A stretch of 64,000 nucleotides of DNA from Escherichia coli (GTDB taxonomy: Bacteria > Pseudomonadota > Gammaproteobacteria > Enterobacterales > Enterobacteriaceae): the NCBI RefSeq assembly GCF_030013595.1, contig NZ_CP122768.1; one strand, given 5' to 3'. Of this stretch, positions 1 through 9,932 are shown piece by piece. Within the stretch, counting starts at the first letter, position 1; each line of letters opens with the position of its first letter. The notes under the pieces are model-generated. The model was not told where the DNA came from. It saw only the letters and a list, made by a program, of their open reading frames with translations, and did not search any database. The position numbers were made by a program, and so were the translations under genes.

Positions 1-125
1 AGCGTATCGTGGATAACCATAACGGGATGCTGGAGCTTGGCACCAGCGAGCGGGGCGGGCTTTCCATTCGCGCCTGGCTGCCAGTGCCGGTAACGCGGGC
101 GCAGGGTGCGACAAAAGAAGGGTAA
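1..125 (+). CDS. envZ: sensor histidine kinase EnvZ, C-terminal fragment (gene starts upstream of window)
   Basis: Frame-3 translation ends ...GTSERGGLSIRAWLPVPVTRAQGATKEG*, recognised as the EnvZ C-terminus; convergent with pckA as expected for E. coli. Confidence 0.85.
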   Translation, partial: RIVDNHNGMLELGTSERGGLSIRAWLPVPVTRAQGATKEG

Positions 126-134
126 AATAAATAT

Positions 135-158
135 CCTCCGGCATAGCCGGAGGTTTTT
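135..158 (+). terminator. Rho-independent terminator-like hairpin just after the envZ stop (may be host or IS200 right-end hairpin)
   Basis: 8-bp stem cctccggc/gccggagg with 3-nt loop followed by TTTTT. Confidence 0.6.
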
Positions 159-234
159 CAAATGCGCCTGTAAGGCTCTGTTACCAGCCGCGCCCTAACA
201 GGCGCATACGATCTGACATTTGCATTCAACTTCG

Positions 235-693
235 TTACTTACGGCCCGTAAACGGGCTGCCCGGATATGGAATCGATAACTGCTCCCCCATTTTATCCTC
301 TTCAAGCTGGTGCTTTATGTAGTCCTGTATCTTCGCCGTGTTCTTACCCACCGTATCGACATAGTACCCTCGGCACCAGAACTCCCTGTTTCTGTATTTG
401 AATTTCAAATCCCCAAACTGCTCGTAAAGCATCAGACTGCTTTTCCCTTTCAGATATCCCATAAAGCCGGATACGCTCATTTTGGGTGGGATTTCCACAA
501 GCATATGGATATGATCTGCGCAGCACTCTGCTTCCAGAATCCGTACGCTTTTCCACTCACACAGCTTTCTCAAAATACTGCCTATCGCCCTACGCTTCTC
601 TCCGTAAAACGCCAGTCTTCGGTATTTCGGCGCAAAAACTATGTGATATTTACAGTTCCAGCGGGTGTGCGCTAAGCTCTTTTCGTCCCCCAT
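235..693 (-). CDS. tnpA: IS200 transposase TnpA (Y1/HUH transposase), 152 aa
   Basis: Translation MGDEKSLAHTRWNCKYHIVFAPKYRR... with HUH motif (HIH in ADHIHMLVEIPP) and C-terminal tyrosines (RGYYVDTVG); ORF track extends 17 codons upstream but the ATG at 691..693 gives the canonical 152-aa protein. Confidence 0.92.
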   Translation of the reverse strand: MGDEKSLAHTRWNCKYHIVFAPKYRRLAFYGEKRRAIGSILRKLCEWKSVRILEAECCADHIHMLVEIPPKMSVSGFMGYLKGKSSLMLYEQFGDLKFKYRNREFWCRGYYVDTVGKNTAKIQDYIKHQLEEDKMGEQLSIPYPGSPFTGRK

Positions 694-839
694 TGGGACC
701 CCCTTTTGATTTCTTGTTTGACACTTGCAGTTGCCAGACCGCAAGGTGTTTTAACAAATCAAAAGGGGTTTTAATAACTGGCTCAAAGCTGAAAGCTTTC
801 CGGAACCCCCAGCCTAGCTGGGGGTTTTCTGTGCACAAT

Positions 840-869
840 AAAACGGGAGGCGAAGGTGCCTCCCGTTTT
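840..869 (-). terminator. pckA Rho-independent terminator
   Basis: 8-bp GC stem cgggaggc/gcctcccg flanked by AAAA and TTTT, about 45 bp downstream of the pckA stop on the minus strand. Confidence 0.75.
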
Positions 870-913
870 GCTTTCTATAAGATACTGGATAGATATTCTC
901 CAGCTTCAAATCA

Positions 914-2536
914 TTACAGCTTCGGACCTGCTTCTACCAGCGCGGCACCCGCTGGGGTGTCGGTGTATTTATCGAAGTTGTCGATAAACAGTTTTGCCAG
1001 CGTTTCAGCTTTTTCCTGCCACTGTTCCGGAGAAGCGTAGGTGTTACGCGGATCGAGAATCTTCGTGTCTACGCCCGGCAGTTCGGTTGGGATCGCCAGG
1101 TTAAACATCGGCAGAGTGAAGGTTTCTGCGTTATCCAGCGAACCGTTGAGGATGGCGTCGATAATGGCGCGGGTATCTTTAATGGAGATACGTTTGCCAG
1201 TGCCGTTCCAGCCGGTGTTAACCAGATACGCCTGCGCGCCCGCCGCCTGCATACGTTTCACCAGCACTTCTGCGTATTGGGTCGGGTGCAGCGACAGGAA
1301 TGCCGCGCCGAAGCAGGCGGAGAAGGTTGGCGTCGGTTCGGTGATGCCGCGCTCTGTACCAGCCAGTTTGGCGGTGAAGCCAGAGAGGAAGTGGTACTGT
1401 GTTTGATCGGCAGTCAGACGAGAAACCGGCGGCAATACGCCGAAAGCATCTGCGGTCAGGAAGATAACTTTAGTTGCGTGGCCCGCTTTGGACACCGGCT
1501 TAACGATGTTTTCGATGTGATAGATCGGATAAGAAACGCGGGTGTTCTCGGTTTTTGAACCATCATCAAAGTCGATAGTGCCATCTTCACGCACGGTGAC
1601 GTTTTCCAGCAGCGCATCACGACGGATAGCGTTGTAGATTTCAGGTTCCGCTTCTTTCGACAGCTTGATAGTTTTTGCGTAGCAGCCGCCTTCAAAGTTA
1701 AACACACCGTCATCGTCCCAGCCGTGTTCGTCATCGCCAATCAGGCGACGTTTCGGGTCGGTGGAAAGGGTGGTTTTACCGGTGCCGGAAAGGCCGAAGA
1801 ACACCGCAACATCGCCTTTCTCGCCAACGTTGGCGGAGCAGTGCATAGAAGCGATACCTTTCAGCGGCAGCAGGTAGTTCATCATTGAGAACATCCCTTT
1901 CTTCATTTCGCCGCCGTACCAGGTGCCGCCAATCAGCTGCATGCGCTCGGTCAGGTTAAACGCCACGAAGTTTTCGGAGTTCAGACCCTGTTCTTTCCAC
2001 TGCGGGTTAGTGCACTTCGCGCCGTTCATAACGATAAAGTCTGGTTTGAAACCTGCCAGCTCTTCATCGCTCGGGCGAATAAACATGTTTTTGACAAAAT
2101 GCGCCTGCCAGGCCACTTCGGTGATGAAACGGACGGAAAGACGAGTATCCGGGTTCGCACCACAGAAAGCGTCGACAACGAACAGACGTTTGCCGGAAAG
2201 CTGTTTGGTCACCAGGCCTTTCAGATGCTGCCAGGTTTCCGGAGAGAGAGGTTTGTTGTCGTTCTTACCTTTGCCTTTGTCTGCCCACCAGAAAGTATCG
2301 CGAGTGGTATCGTCACGGACGATATACTTATCTTTTGGTGAACGACCGGTGAAGATCCCGGTATCGACGGCAACGGCACCCAGATTAGTTAACACCCCGC
2401 GCTCATAACCTGTCAGGCTCGGATCGAGCTCTTCCTGATACAGCAGGTCGTAGCTTGGGTTGTAAACGATATCATGTACGTCACTGATACCATAAGCCTC
2501 GAGTTCTTGCGGGGTCAAACCATTGTTAACGCGCAT
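914..2536 (-). CDS. pckA: phosphoenolpyruvate carboxykinase (ATP), 540 aa
   Basis: Translation [36 protein letters not shown]... with P-loop GLSGTGKTT; ORF track starts 23 codons upstream, but the ATG at 2534..2536 has a GGAG Shine-Dalgarno and gives the 540-aa protein. Confidence 0.95.
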   Translation of the reverse strand: MRVNNGLTPQELEAYGISDVHDIVYNPSYDLLYQEELDPSLTGYERGVLTNLGAVAVDTGIFTGRSPKDKYIVRDDTTRDTFWWADKGKGKNDNKPLSPETWQHLKGLVTKQLSGKRLFVVDAFCGANPDTRLSVRFITEVAWQAHFVKNMFIRPSDEELAGFKPDFIVMNGAKCTNPQWKEQGLNSENFVAFNLTERMQLIGGTWYGGEMKKGMFSMMNYLLPLKGIASMHCSANVGEKGDVAVFFGLSGTGKTTLSTDPKRRLIGDDEHGWDDDGVFNFEGGCYAKTIKLSKEAEPEIYNAIRRDALLENVTVREDGTIDFDDGSKTENTRVSYPIYHIENIVKPVSKAGHATKVIFLTADAFGVLPPVSRLTADQTQYHFLSGFTAKLAGTERGITEPTPTFSACFGAAFLSLHPTQYAEVLVKRMQAAGAQAYLVNTGWNGTGKRISIKDTRAIIDAILNGSLDNAETFTLPMFNLAIPTELPGVDTKILDPRNTYASPEQWQEKAETLAKLFIDNFDKYTDTPAGAALVEAGPKL

Positions 2537-2914
2537 TTCACTGCTCCTTAGCCAATATGTATTGCCTGAATAGTAAAGTCTTTTTGGGGGTGTTAACCGC
2601 GACAAGGCTCATAGATTTACGTATCTGGAGAAATTCATATTTGACAAAAAACTCCGTGATTCCTGTCACGAAACGGTTGCTATTATCGCAGAAATAGCAT
2701 TTTAGGTGTGGAAAATGTTCTTAAAAGGTTAAATCTTGGTTTATATGGCGGGAATATTGTGAGTGGAATCGCATTCCTGAATGAAATTGATGCAAATTCA
2801 ATCGGTAAAGTATCGATTCACCACGCTAACTTTTTTTGATTATTTTCTGAAAAAAGCAAAATACTACGGCCCGGATGCGATAATTAACCCACTTTTTGAT
2901 TCTGGATAACTAAC

Positions 2915-4639
2915 GTGGATAACGTTGAACTTTCACCCGCAACACGCTGGGGGATGATTGCTACCGGATTACTTCAGGGTCTGGTTTGCTACCTGCTGAT
3001 CGCCTGGCTTGCCGGAAAAAATCTCAGTTGGATTGTTTATGGCGTGCCTGCGACCGTCGCGTTTTCATCCGTTTTACTCTTCTCCGTGATCTCCTTTAAA
3101 CAGAAGCGCCTTTGGGGATGGCTGGCGCTGGTGTTTATTGCCACGCTGGGAATGAGCGGCTGGCTGAAGTGGCAAACTGATGGCATGAACCCCTGGAGAG
3201 CTGAAAAGGCGCTTTGGGATTTTGGTTGCTATCTGCTGCTGATGGCAATGTTGTTGCTACCGTGGATACAACAAAGCCTTCGCATCCGCAATGACAGTAA
3301 CCGCTATCGCTATTTTTACCAGTCAGTATGGCATAACGTACTTATATTACTGGTGATTTTTCTCGCCAATGGCCTGACGTGGCTGGTGCTTTTACTGTGG
3401 GGCGAGTTGTTTAAACTTGTTGGCATCACGTTTTTCAAAACGCTCTTTTTTGCAACTGACTGGTTTATTTATCTCACGTTAGGTCTGGTTACCGCGCTGG
3501 CGGTGATCCTCGCGCGAACACAGTCACGTTTAATCGACTCTATTCAAAAGTTGTTAACGTTAATCGCTACGGGGTTGCTGCCGTTAGTATCATTGCTAAC
3601 CCTGATGTTTATCATCACCCTGCCGTTTACGGGCCTGAGCGCGATTTCTCGCCACATCTCCGCCGCTGGGTTGCTGTTAACGCTGGCCTTTTTGCAATTG
3701 ATCTTAATGGCTATTGTCCGCGATCCGCAAAAATCGTCACTTCCCTGGACGGGGCCGTTGCGTTGCCTGATTAAAACCGCTCTGCTGGCTGCTCCGCTGT
3801 ATGTGTTCGTCGCCGCCTGGGCGTTATGGCTGCGGGTCGCTCAGTACGGCTGGACTGTCGACCGCTTGCAGGGCGCGCTGGCGGTGCTGGTGTTACTGGT
3901 ATGGTCGCTGGGGTATTTTGTCAGTATCGTCTGGCGTAAAGGGCAAAACCCCCTTGTTCTTCAGGGCAAAGTGAACCTTGCGGTTTCGTTATTGGTGTTG
4001 GTAATACTGGTGCTTCTTAATTCTCCGGTGCTGGACAGTATGCGCATTAGCGTGAACAGTCATATGGCGCGTTATCAGAGCGGCAAAAACACGCCAGACC
4101 AGGTAAGTCTCTATATGCTCGAACAGAGCGGTCGCTATGGACGTGCGGCGCTTGAGTCGCTGAAAAGCGATGCCGGGTTTATGAAAGACCCGAAACGCGC
4201 GCGGGATCTGTTGATGGCGTTAGATGGAGAGCAACATCTTCAGCAACAGATATCGGAAAAAGTATTAGCCGAAAATGTGTTAATTGCCCCTGGTTCTGGT
4301 AAACCGGATGCGACATTCTGGTCGGCCTTAATCCAGGATCGCTATAACGTGATGACCTGTATTGAAAAAGACGCCTGCGTCCTGGTCGAGCAAGATCTGA
4401 ATAGTGATGGCAGGGCAGAGCGGATCCTCTTTGCCTTTGATGATGAAAGATACATTGTCTATGGCTTTGATCCTGACAAGAAAGAATGGCAAGAGCTTAC
4501 GATGAGTTTACTTCCGCGTGATATAACGAAAGAAAAATTACTCACAGCTGCGAAGGATGGAAAACTGGGAACGAAGCCTAAAGCGTGGCGCGATCTTGTA
4601 GTGGATGGTGAAAGGCTGGATGTGAATCTGAATGAGTGA
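2915..4639 (+). CDS. yhgE: inner-membrane protein YhgE, 574 aa, GTG start
   Basis: Multi-pass hydrophobic N-terminal two-thirds; position divergent from pckA as in E. coli; GTG at 2915. Confidence 0.85.
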   Translation: MDNVELSPATRWGMIATGLLQGLVCYLLIAWLAGKNLSWIVYGVPATVAFSSVLLFSVISFKQKRLWGWLALVFIATLGMSGWLKWQTDGMNPWRAEKALWDFGCYLLLMAMLLLPWIQQSLRIRNDSNRYRYFYQSVWHNVLILLVIFLANGLTWLVLLLWGELFKLVGITFFKTLFFATDWFIYLTLGLVTALAVILARTQSRLIDSIQKLLTLIATGLLPLVSLLTLMFIITLPFTGLSAISRHISAAGLLLTLAFLQLILMAIVRDPQKSSLPWTGPLRCLIKTALLAAPLYVFVAAWALWLRVAQYGWTVDRLQGALAVLVLLVWSLGYFVSIVWRKGQNPLVLQGKVNLAVSLLVLVILVLLNSPVLDSMRISVNSHMARYQSGKNTPDQVSLYMLEQSGRYGRAALESLKSDAGFMKDPKRARDLLMALDGEQHLQQQISEKVLAENVLIAPGSGKPDATFWSALIQDRYNVMTCIEKDACVLVEQDLNSDGRAERILFAFDDERYIVYGFDPDKKEWQELTMSLLPRDITKEKLLTAAKDGKLGTKPKAWRDLVVDGERLDVNLNE

Positions 4640-4670
4640 CAAAGCGCATCAGGTGTATTAGTCGTAAAAT

Positions 4671-4692
4671 CCGGCAGAGCCCTCTCTGCCGG
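4671..4692. terminator. bidirectional hairpin between convergent yhgE and hslO
   Basis: 9-bp stem ccggcagag/ctctgccgg with 4-nt loop. Confidence 0.5.
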
Positions 4693-4701
4693 ACATACTC
4701 A

Positions 4702-5586
4702 TTAATGAACTTGCGGATCTGCCGGAGACGCGTTGTTGCGGATTTCAGCAATATCCATCGCATTGAACAGATAGTGGTTACCGCAGTAATCGCAATGCAT
4801 GTCAATTTCGCCATCTTCCGCCAGGATGCTATCGACTTCTTCATCCGGCAGCGTTTTTAGCGCGTCGGCGCAACGTTCACGCGAGCAGGTGCATTTGAAC
4901 TCCACATCCTGCGGATCGTAAACCGTCACCTCTTCTTCGTGATACAAACGCCACAACACTTCGTTTGCCGGTAAGGTCAACAGTTCTTCGGTTTTGATGG
5001 TTTCGGTTAGCGTCGCCAGGTGGTCAAAGTCGTCCTGCTGGGCATTTTGCGCAGGCATTACCTGCAACAACATACCGCCTGCAGCCGGTTTGCCGTCTAC
5101 GTCGCCGGTGCGAATAAAAAGGCGCGTCGGCAGCTGTTCAGAACGCATAAAGTAATCTTCCAGGCAGGCCGCCAGAGTATCACCTTCCAGACCCACCACG
5201 CCCTGATAGCGTTCACCTTCGCTCGGGGTGATGGTGATCACCACGTAACCATTGCCGACCAGCGTTTTCAGGTCGGCATTTTCTGGAATTTCTCCCTGCA
5301 CGCGCGCTACACCGCGCATCTGCTGGTTGTTGTTACCGTTAATAACCGCCAGATTCATCGGACCGTCGCCTTGCAGCTGTACGGTGATATCACCATCAAA
5401 CTTCAGCGTAGCGGTTAACAGGCTGGTCGCAACCAGCAGTTCTGCCAGCACGTTTTTAACGGGCTGCGGATAATCGTGATTCTCAAGGATCTGTTGCAGG
5501 GTTTCCGAAACGGTTACCAGTTCGCCGCGCACGGCAAAGTTTTCAAACAGATAGCGATGTAATTGGTCATGTTGCGGCATAATCAT
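4702..5586 (-). CDS. hslO: redox-regulated chaperone Hsp33
   Basis: Translation [24 protein letters not shown]... with C-terminal zinc-binding cysteines CTCSRERC...CDYC; the start could instead be the third codon (5580). Confidence 0.93.
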   Translation of the reverse strand: MIMPQHDQLHRYLFENFAVRGELVTVSETLQQILENHDYPQPVKNVLAELLVATSLLTATLKFDGDITVQLQGDGPMNLAVINGNNNQQMRGVARVQGEIPENADLKTLVGNGYVVITITPSEGERYQGVVGLEGDTLAACLEDYFMRSEQLPTRLFIRTGDVDGKPAAGGMLLQVMPAQNAQQDDFDHLATLTETIKTEELLTLPANEVLWRLYHEEEVTVYDPQDVEFKCTCSRERCADALKTLPDEEVDSILAEDGEIDMHCDYCGNHYLFNAMDIAEIRNNASPADPQVH

Positions 5587-5604
5587 CTCTCTTGCAGGTG
5601 ACAG

Positions 5605-6006
5605 TTATTCACTGTCGCCGTGTTTAAATCGTAACAGGTCGCGGCGCTCTTTTTTGTCCGGGCGTCGGTCCGGGTGCGGCATGGTTAAGGCATTAAGTTT
5701 ACGTGCCAGCGCCATTTTTTCGCGTTTCTCTACACTTTCCGCAGTCTCTTCATACAGCAAGGCTGCCTCGCTGGCGGGGCGACGCTGTTCAGTAATCGCC
5801 TTTACAATCACCGTGCGTTCGTCATTTCCCTGGCGCAGAGTGAGCGTGGCATTCAGCTCGACGATTTTGCTCGGCTTGCTGCGCTGCCCGTTGTAATGCA
5901 CCTTACCGCCTTCAATCATTTCACGGGCCAGCGCGCGGGTTTTATAAAAACGGGCAGCCCATAGCCATTTATCCAGTCGAACCTCAACAGCAGGTTTTTC
6001 TTTCAT
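5605..6006 (-). CDS. hslR: ribosome-associated heat-shock protein Hsp15
   Basis: 133-aa basic protein MKEKPAVEVRLDKWLWAARFYKTRALA... (S4-like RNA-binding domain), immediately upstream of hslO. Confidence 0.92.
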   Translation of the reverse strand: MKEKPAVEVRLDKWLWAARFYKTRALAREMIEGGKVHYNGQRSKPSKIVELNATLTLRQGNDERTVIVKAITEQRRPASEAALLYEETAESVEKREKMALARKLNALTMPHPDRRPDKKERRDLLRFKHGDSE

Positions 6007-6016
6007 GGCGTCTCCT

Positions 6017-6685
6017 TCACATTAGCGAGGGGATCAGGCGGCGGTAGTCATTCAGTGACGGATGGCGTTGATACTGTTTCTCGGCAATCCCGGAGTCAGG
6101 ATTAGTCACGCCGAGGCAGTAACGAATACCAAATTGCGCGGCAGCATCGAGAATCGCTTCGCTGTCATCAATAAACAGCGTTCTTTCAGCTTTCAGACCC
6201 GTAGCTTCGGCCACCGCATGCCATAACCGCTGATCCTCTTTCGGATAACCAAATGTGTGGGTGGAAAGTAATAAATCAAGGTGTGCGTCCAGACCGGTAT
6301 GCTCAAGTTTTACCGCCAGGTTGTGCGGATGCGCATTGGTGAGCAAAATTCGCTGCTTACCGCTGGCTTTCAGTGCCTCAAGAAACGGAATGGTATCTTC
6401 ACGCAGTACGGCACGCGGTCCCATCTCGGTGGTCATCGCACAGATATCCAGACCCAGTTGCTCACTCCAGTAATCAAGACAGTACCAGTTTAGCGTATGC
6501 TGTACGTCGTGATATTGCTGGCGCATATATTCCATCGCTTCCTGTGGCGTAACCCCGTTTTTCGCGCCCCATGTTTCAGGCACCAGCTTTTGCCAGAAAT
6601 AATTATCGAAGGCGAGGTCGAGCAACGTGCCGTCCATATCCAGCAGAACGGTATCTACGTCCTGCCAGGCAATGTTGATATGCAT
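6017..6685 (-). CDS. yrfG: HAD-superfamily nucleotidase YrfG, 222 aa
   Basis: HAD motif I DMDGTLLD near the N-terminus; ATG at 6683..6685 is preceded by a GGAG Shine-Dalgarno; ORF track extends 15 codons further upstream. Confidence 0.85.
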   Translation of the reverse strand: MHINIAWQDVDTVLLDMDGTLLDLAFDNYFWQKLVPETWGAKNGVTPQEAMEYMRQQYHDVQHTLNWYCLDYWSEQLGLDICAMTTEMGPRAVLREDTIPFLEALKASGKQRILLTNAHPHNLAVKLEHTGLDAHLDLLLSTHTFGYPKEDQRLWHAVAEATGLKAERTLFIDDSEAILDAAAQFGIRYCLGVTNPDSGIAEKQYQRHPSLNDYRRLIPSLM

Positions 6686-6749
6686 GAGGGAAATCTCCAG
6701 AGTGAAGCAATTTGCGCGACAGGGTAGCATAACCTGCCGCGCAAACGTG

Positions 6750-8885
6750 TTATTCGATAAGGCTTTCTGAAGGGGTGATCAGTTGTGGGTTCAGGCAGCT
6801 TTCATAATAGGCCTGAATCTTCATCATGCGAGTACGATGACGCTGGTAACGACGCCAGGCCTGTACGCCATTATAAATGGCGCTACCCAGCATCGTCAGT
6901 AGGAGCAGAGTGGTGCTGAGATAGCGCCACAGGCCGGAACGATCCGGGATCGGATGAAGGCCAATATGCTGCGTACCATTGGCGTCAGTGAAGATTTTTG
7001 TGACGATACCTTCGGCGTTAAACGGCGTATGCATCAGCATTTGTGCCAGTTTCTGGAAAGCGTTCCACTGTTCTTGCGGCGGATAGTCGTAAAGTGATGC
7101 CGAAGGCCAGGGCTGATCAACAAAATCGCTGCCTTCGTCGCTGACAATCAGGAACCCGCCGGGGGCCGGACTGTTTAGTGATTGTGCCGCTCGCGCCGTT
7201 TCATGCGTGATAAACGGCGCGGTAGAGGTGGCCACCAGGTTATCCAGCGATTCCGCACTCACCGGGCGTAATAACACATTCACGCCATCGAGTTTCCCGG
7301 CGTTGGCGCGTTTTACCAGCGCGTCCCAGTCTTTACTGTTACCGAGATTGACCAGCGCATTTTTCAGTCGCACACAGTCATCTTTGGCAGAACACAGATC
7401 CGCTGTCTTCAGTACTATGTCGCCAAAATCATCAAGCAATACCATGCCGGATTTTTGAATTGCTGAACGTAATGAGGCGCTGACGCGAGATTCATCTTCC
7501 GGTTTAGGGTGCAGCTGGCGATTAACTGCTTCGGTCAATGCCGTCGCTTTGTTGACCAATTCAGATTCTGGTAATGGCAATGAGCGGGCGTCATTCCAGA
7601 TGATCTGCGAGCAGTCAAACGGTAAAAAAGGTGAGTTGGTTTTCGCGCTCCAGGTACCGGAAGTGCGAATATTACACATTCCCGTACCGCTAATACGCAA
7701 TGTATCGCCAACCCGCACGCCAGCGTCAGCCAGTTGTTTCACGCTGGTGGCTTCAATGGTCTGCGCGCCTTTCATCCACGAGAGGGTGAATTTCAGCGGC
7801 ATATCCAGCGGGATCCAGAATAACAGCATAAACAGCACCAGCAGCGAACCCGCAGCGATAATCGTACTGCGCAGCCAGTGCTGTAACGGAAAGTTTTTTA
7901 CTTCATCATGGAGCGAAAGATATCGCCCCTGACGCACTACGTGGCGGTCGAGATAGATATCGATATCGGTTTGTTGACCAAGATCCTGAGCAATGTATGG
8001 CTGCCAGTGTGCGGGATAGACCAGGTCGATAATACCGAGTGAAATATTGTTGATCTGTTCCTGATCGTTTTCGCCAAACAATCCCCAACGACGGGGTGTA
8101 CCGCGCAGACAATGAATTTCCCGCAGGGAGGATTTTGCCGGGGGCGCGAATAGCCCCCACAGACCTGCGCCCAGCAGCAGTAACGCGCCGCCTGCCAGCC
8201 ACGGAACAAATACATCCGGGGTAATCAGGCAGAAAAAGAACATCAGGAAAGAGGCGACGATCAGCAACGCTTCACGCAGCCCGCGCGGACGACTCAGCGC
8301 ATATTCTTCGTGCGTTTCTTTGCGAATATTGAGTAGCTCGATTTGCTCACTCTCTTCCCCGCGAATCGACGCCTGTGTTGACGGAACAGGTTGCAAGGCA
8401 TAGCCGCGCGTTTCCTGCATGTACTCCTGCAGCGTATGACCGTTGAGTGAAATAACCAGCGGCAGCGAATTGGTATGAATCAGTTCAACGGTATTCTCAT
8501 CGTTGATGTACTGCTCCCAGAAAGGGGGCAGGTGGACTTCTACCGAATCGAGGTAGTAACGCCATTTATTCGGATCGTCGGTAGAGATGCCGTAACGCGT
8601 GATAGCGTGTGTCAGCATCATGACGTTGTTGCTTTCGGCATTCAGCGCCAGAGAGATCGGTGCCGCGCTGGCTCCCGTTGGGCCAGGCACCTGTAATACC
8701 TGCGTCAGGCTCTCAAGATAATTTTCAACGGCGCTATGTTCTTCAGGTGTGAGTTTACGCGTTTGCGCATCCGCGAAGGCGTTGGTCCAGGGCAGCTGAC
8801 GCCGTCTGGATCGCACTTTTATCAGCCATCCCGCAAGTAGTGAGCAGGCCAGCAAAGCAGCTAAAAAAATCACAATGGTGCTCAT
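6750..8885 (-). CDS. igaA: Rcs-phosphorelay negative regulator IgaA (YrfF), 711 aa
   Basis: 711-aa inner-membrane protein with several hydrophobic segments, in the expected position between yrfG and nudE. Confidence 0.9.
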   Translation of the reverse strand: MSTIVIFLAALLACSLLAGWLIKVRSRRRQLPWTNAFADAQTRKLTPEEHSAVENYLESLTQVLQVPGPTGASAAPISLALNAESNNVMMLTHAITRYGISTDDPNKWRYYLDSVEVHLPPFWEQYINDENTVELIHTNSLPLVISLNGHTLQEYMQETRGYALQPVPSTQASIRGEESEQIELLNIRKETHEEYALSRPRGLREALLIVASFLMFFFCLITPDVFVPWLAGGALLLLGAGLWGLFAPPAKSSLREIHCLRGTPRRWGLFGENDQEQINNISLGIIDLVYPAHWQPYIAQDLGQQTDIDIYLDRHVVRQGRYLSLHDEVKNFPLQHWLRSTIIAAGSLLVLFMLLFWIPLDMPLKFTLSWMKGAQTIEATSVKQLADAGVRVGDTLRISGTGMCNIRTSGTWSAKTNSPFLPFDCSQIIWNDARSLPLPESELVNKATALTEAVNRQLHPKPEDESRVSASLRSAIQKSGMVLLDDFGDIVLKTADLCSAKDDCVRLKNALVNLGNSKDWDALVKRANAGKLDGVNVLLRPVSAESLDNLVATSTAPFITHETARAAQSLNSPAPGGFLIVSDEGSDFVDQPWPSASLYDYPPQEQWNAFQKLAQMLMHTPFNAEGIVTKIFTDANGTQHIGLHPIPDRSGLWRYLSTTLLLLTMLGSAIYNGVQAWRRYQRHRTRMMKIQAYYESCLNPQLITPSESLIE

Positions 8886-9204
8886 GCTTTCCCCATCTTA
8901 CTTAGTCTGTCAGGCGTGGTCAGTCGCACCGGACACAATACATGATTCTGCGGTTGGCTATCGGCAAGCGTGGAGTTTAACTTGAGCATCATTAAGCACA
9001 TCACAGTAACCGCTGATCATAGCAAACCCTCTGAAGGCGGAATATCAGCAAATTCCTGGAGTTATTTCAACCTATTGACTTTTAATTTGATTTGAGGACG
9101 ATTATTTATTAAGTTACATAAATGTAAATAACATGCAATTCACATTGCCGAAAGCGTGTCCGATATCGCACAATAACCGCTGATTTCACAGCATAGATCC
9201 CACG

Positions 9205-9765
9205 ATGAGCAAATCATTACAAAAACCCACCATTCTGAATGTTGAAACTGTAGCCCGTTCCCGACTGTTTACCGTCGAAAGCGTGGATCTGGAGTTCAGC
9301 AATGGCGTGCGGCGTGTTTATGAACGAATGCGTCCAACCAACCGGGAAGCAGTGATGATTGTGCCGATTGTGGACGATCACCTGATCCTGATCCGCGAAT
9401 ACGCAGTGGGAACTGAATCCTACGAATTAGGTTTTTCGAAAGGATTAATTGATCCGGGTGAAAGCGTCTTCGAAGCCGCGAACCGCGAGCTAAAAGAAGA
9501 GGTGGGATTTGGTGCGAACGATCTGACTTTTTTGAAGAAGCTCAGCATGGCACCGTCTTACTTTTCCAGCAAAATGAATATCGTGGTAGCGCAAGATCTC
9601 TACCCGGAATCGCTGGAAGGCGATGAGCCAGAGCCGCTACCACAGGTGCGCTGGCCGCTGGCGCATATGATGGATTTGCTGGAAGACCCTGACTTCAACG
9701 AAGCGCGTAATGTCAGCGCGCTGTTCCTCGTGCGCGAATGGTTGAAAGGGCAGGGGCGAGTGTAA
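9205..9765 (+). CDS. nudE: ADP-compounds hydrolase NudE (Nudix)
   Basis: 186 aa with Nudix box GLIDPGESVFEAANRELKEEVG. Confidence 0.92.
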   Translation: MSKSLQKPTILNVETVARSRLFTVESVDLEFSNGVRRVYERMRPTNREAVMIVPIVDDHLILIREYAVGTESYELGFSKGLIDPGESVFEAANRELKEEVGFGANDLTFLKKLSMAPSYFSSKMNIVVAQDLYPESLEGDEPEPLPQVRWPLAHMMDLLEDPDFNEARNVSALFLVREWLKGQGRV

Positions 9766-9786
9766 ATGCGTGAAGTTTGCCTGATG

Positions 9787-9814
9787 CATAATGCTTATCA
9801 GGCCTGTGTGGCTC
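9787..9814. repeat. REP-like palindromic remnant
   Basis: gcctgatgcataatgcttatcaggcctg resembles the E. coli REP core GCCTGATGCG...CTTATCAGGCC. Confidence 0.45.
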
Positions 9815-9905
9815 CTGCAATATATTGATTTTTCAAGATGTTGCTAGACGGGTAAAATGTTCACGCCGTATCCGGTATAAACAAAGTGCACTTTGTCAGC
9901 AAACT

Positions 9906-9931
9906 TAAAAAGGCGCTGAAGCGCCTTTTTA
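9906..9931 (-). terminator. mrcA Rho-independent terminator
   Basis: Hairpin aggcgc-tgaa-gcgcct flanked by A and T runs, immediately 3' of the mrcA stop. Confidence 0.75.
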
Positions 9932-9932
9932 A

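Larger units (their letters stand above)
126..839 (-). mobile_element. IS200-like insertion sequence (IS200/IS605 family); ends approximate to about +/-30 bp
   Basis: Contains the tnpA ORF 235..693 recognised as IS200 transposase; long structured 5' leader with GC hairpin 806..824; sits in an envZ-pckA spacer of 788 bp that is far longer than needed for two convergent terminators. Confidence 0.85.

Noticed and set aside
135-207. Assigning exact IS200 termini using hairpins 135..153 and 163..207
   Set aside because: I cannot tell from sequence alone whether the hairpin right after the envZ stop is the host envZ terminator or the IS200 right-end structure, so the element ends are reported as approximate.
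486-1040. 184-aa plus-strand ORF spanning the IS200 leader and the pckA 3' end
   Set aside because: Crosses the IS/host boundary and two terminator hairpins and is antisense to both tnpA and pckA; it cannot be a coherent gene.
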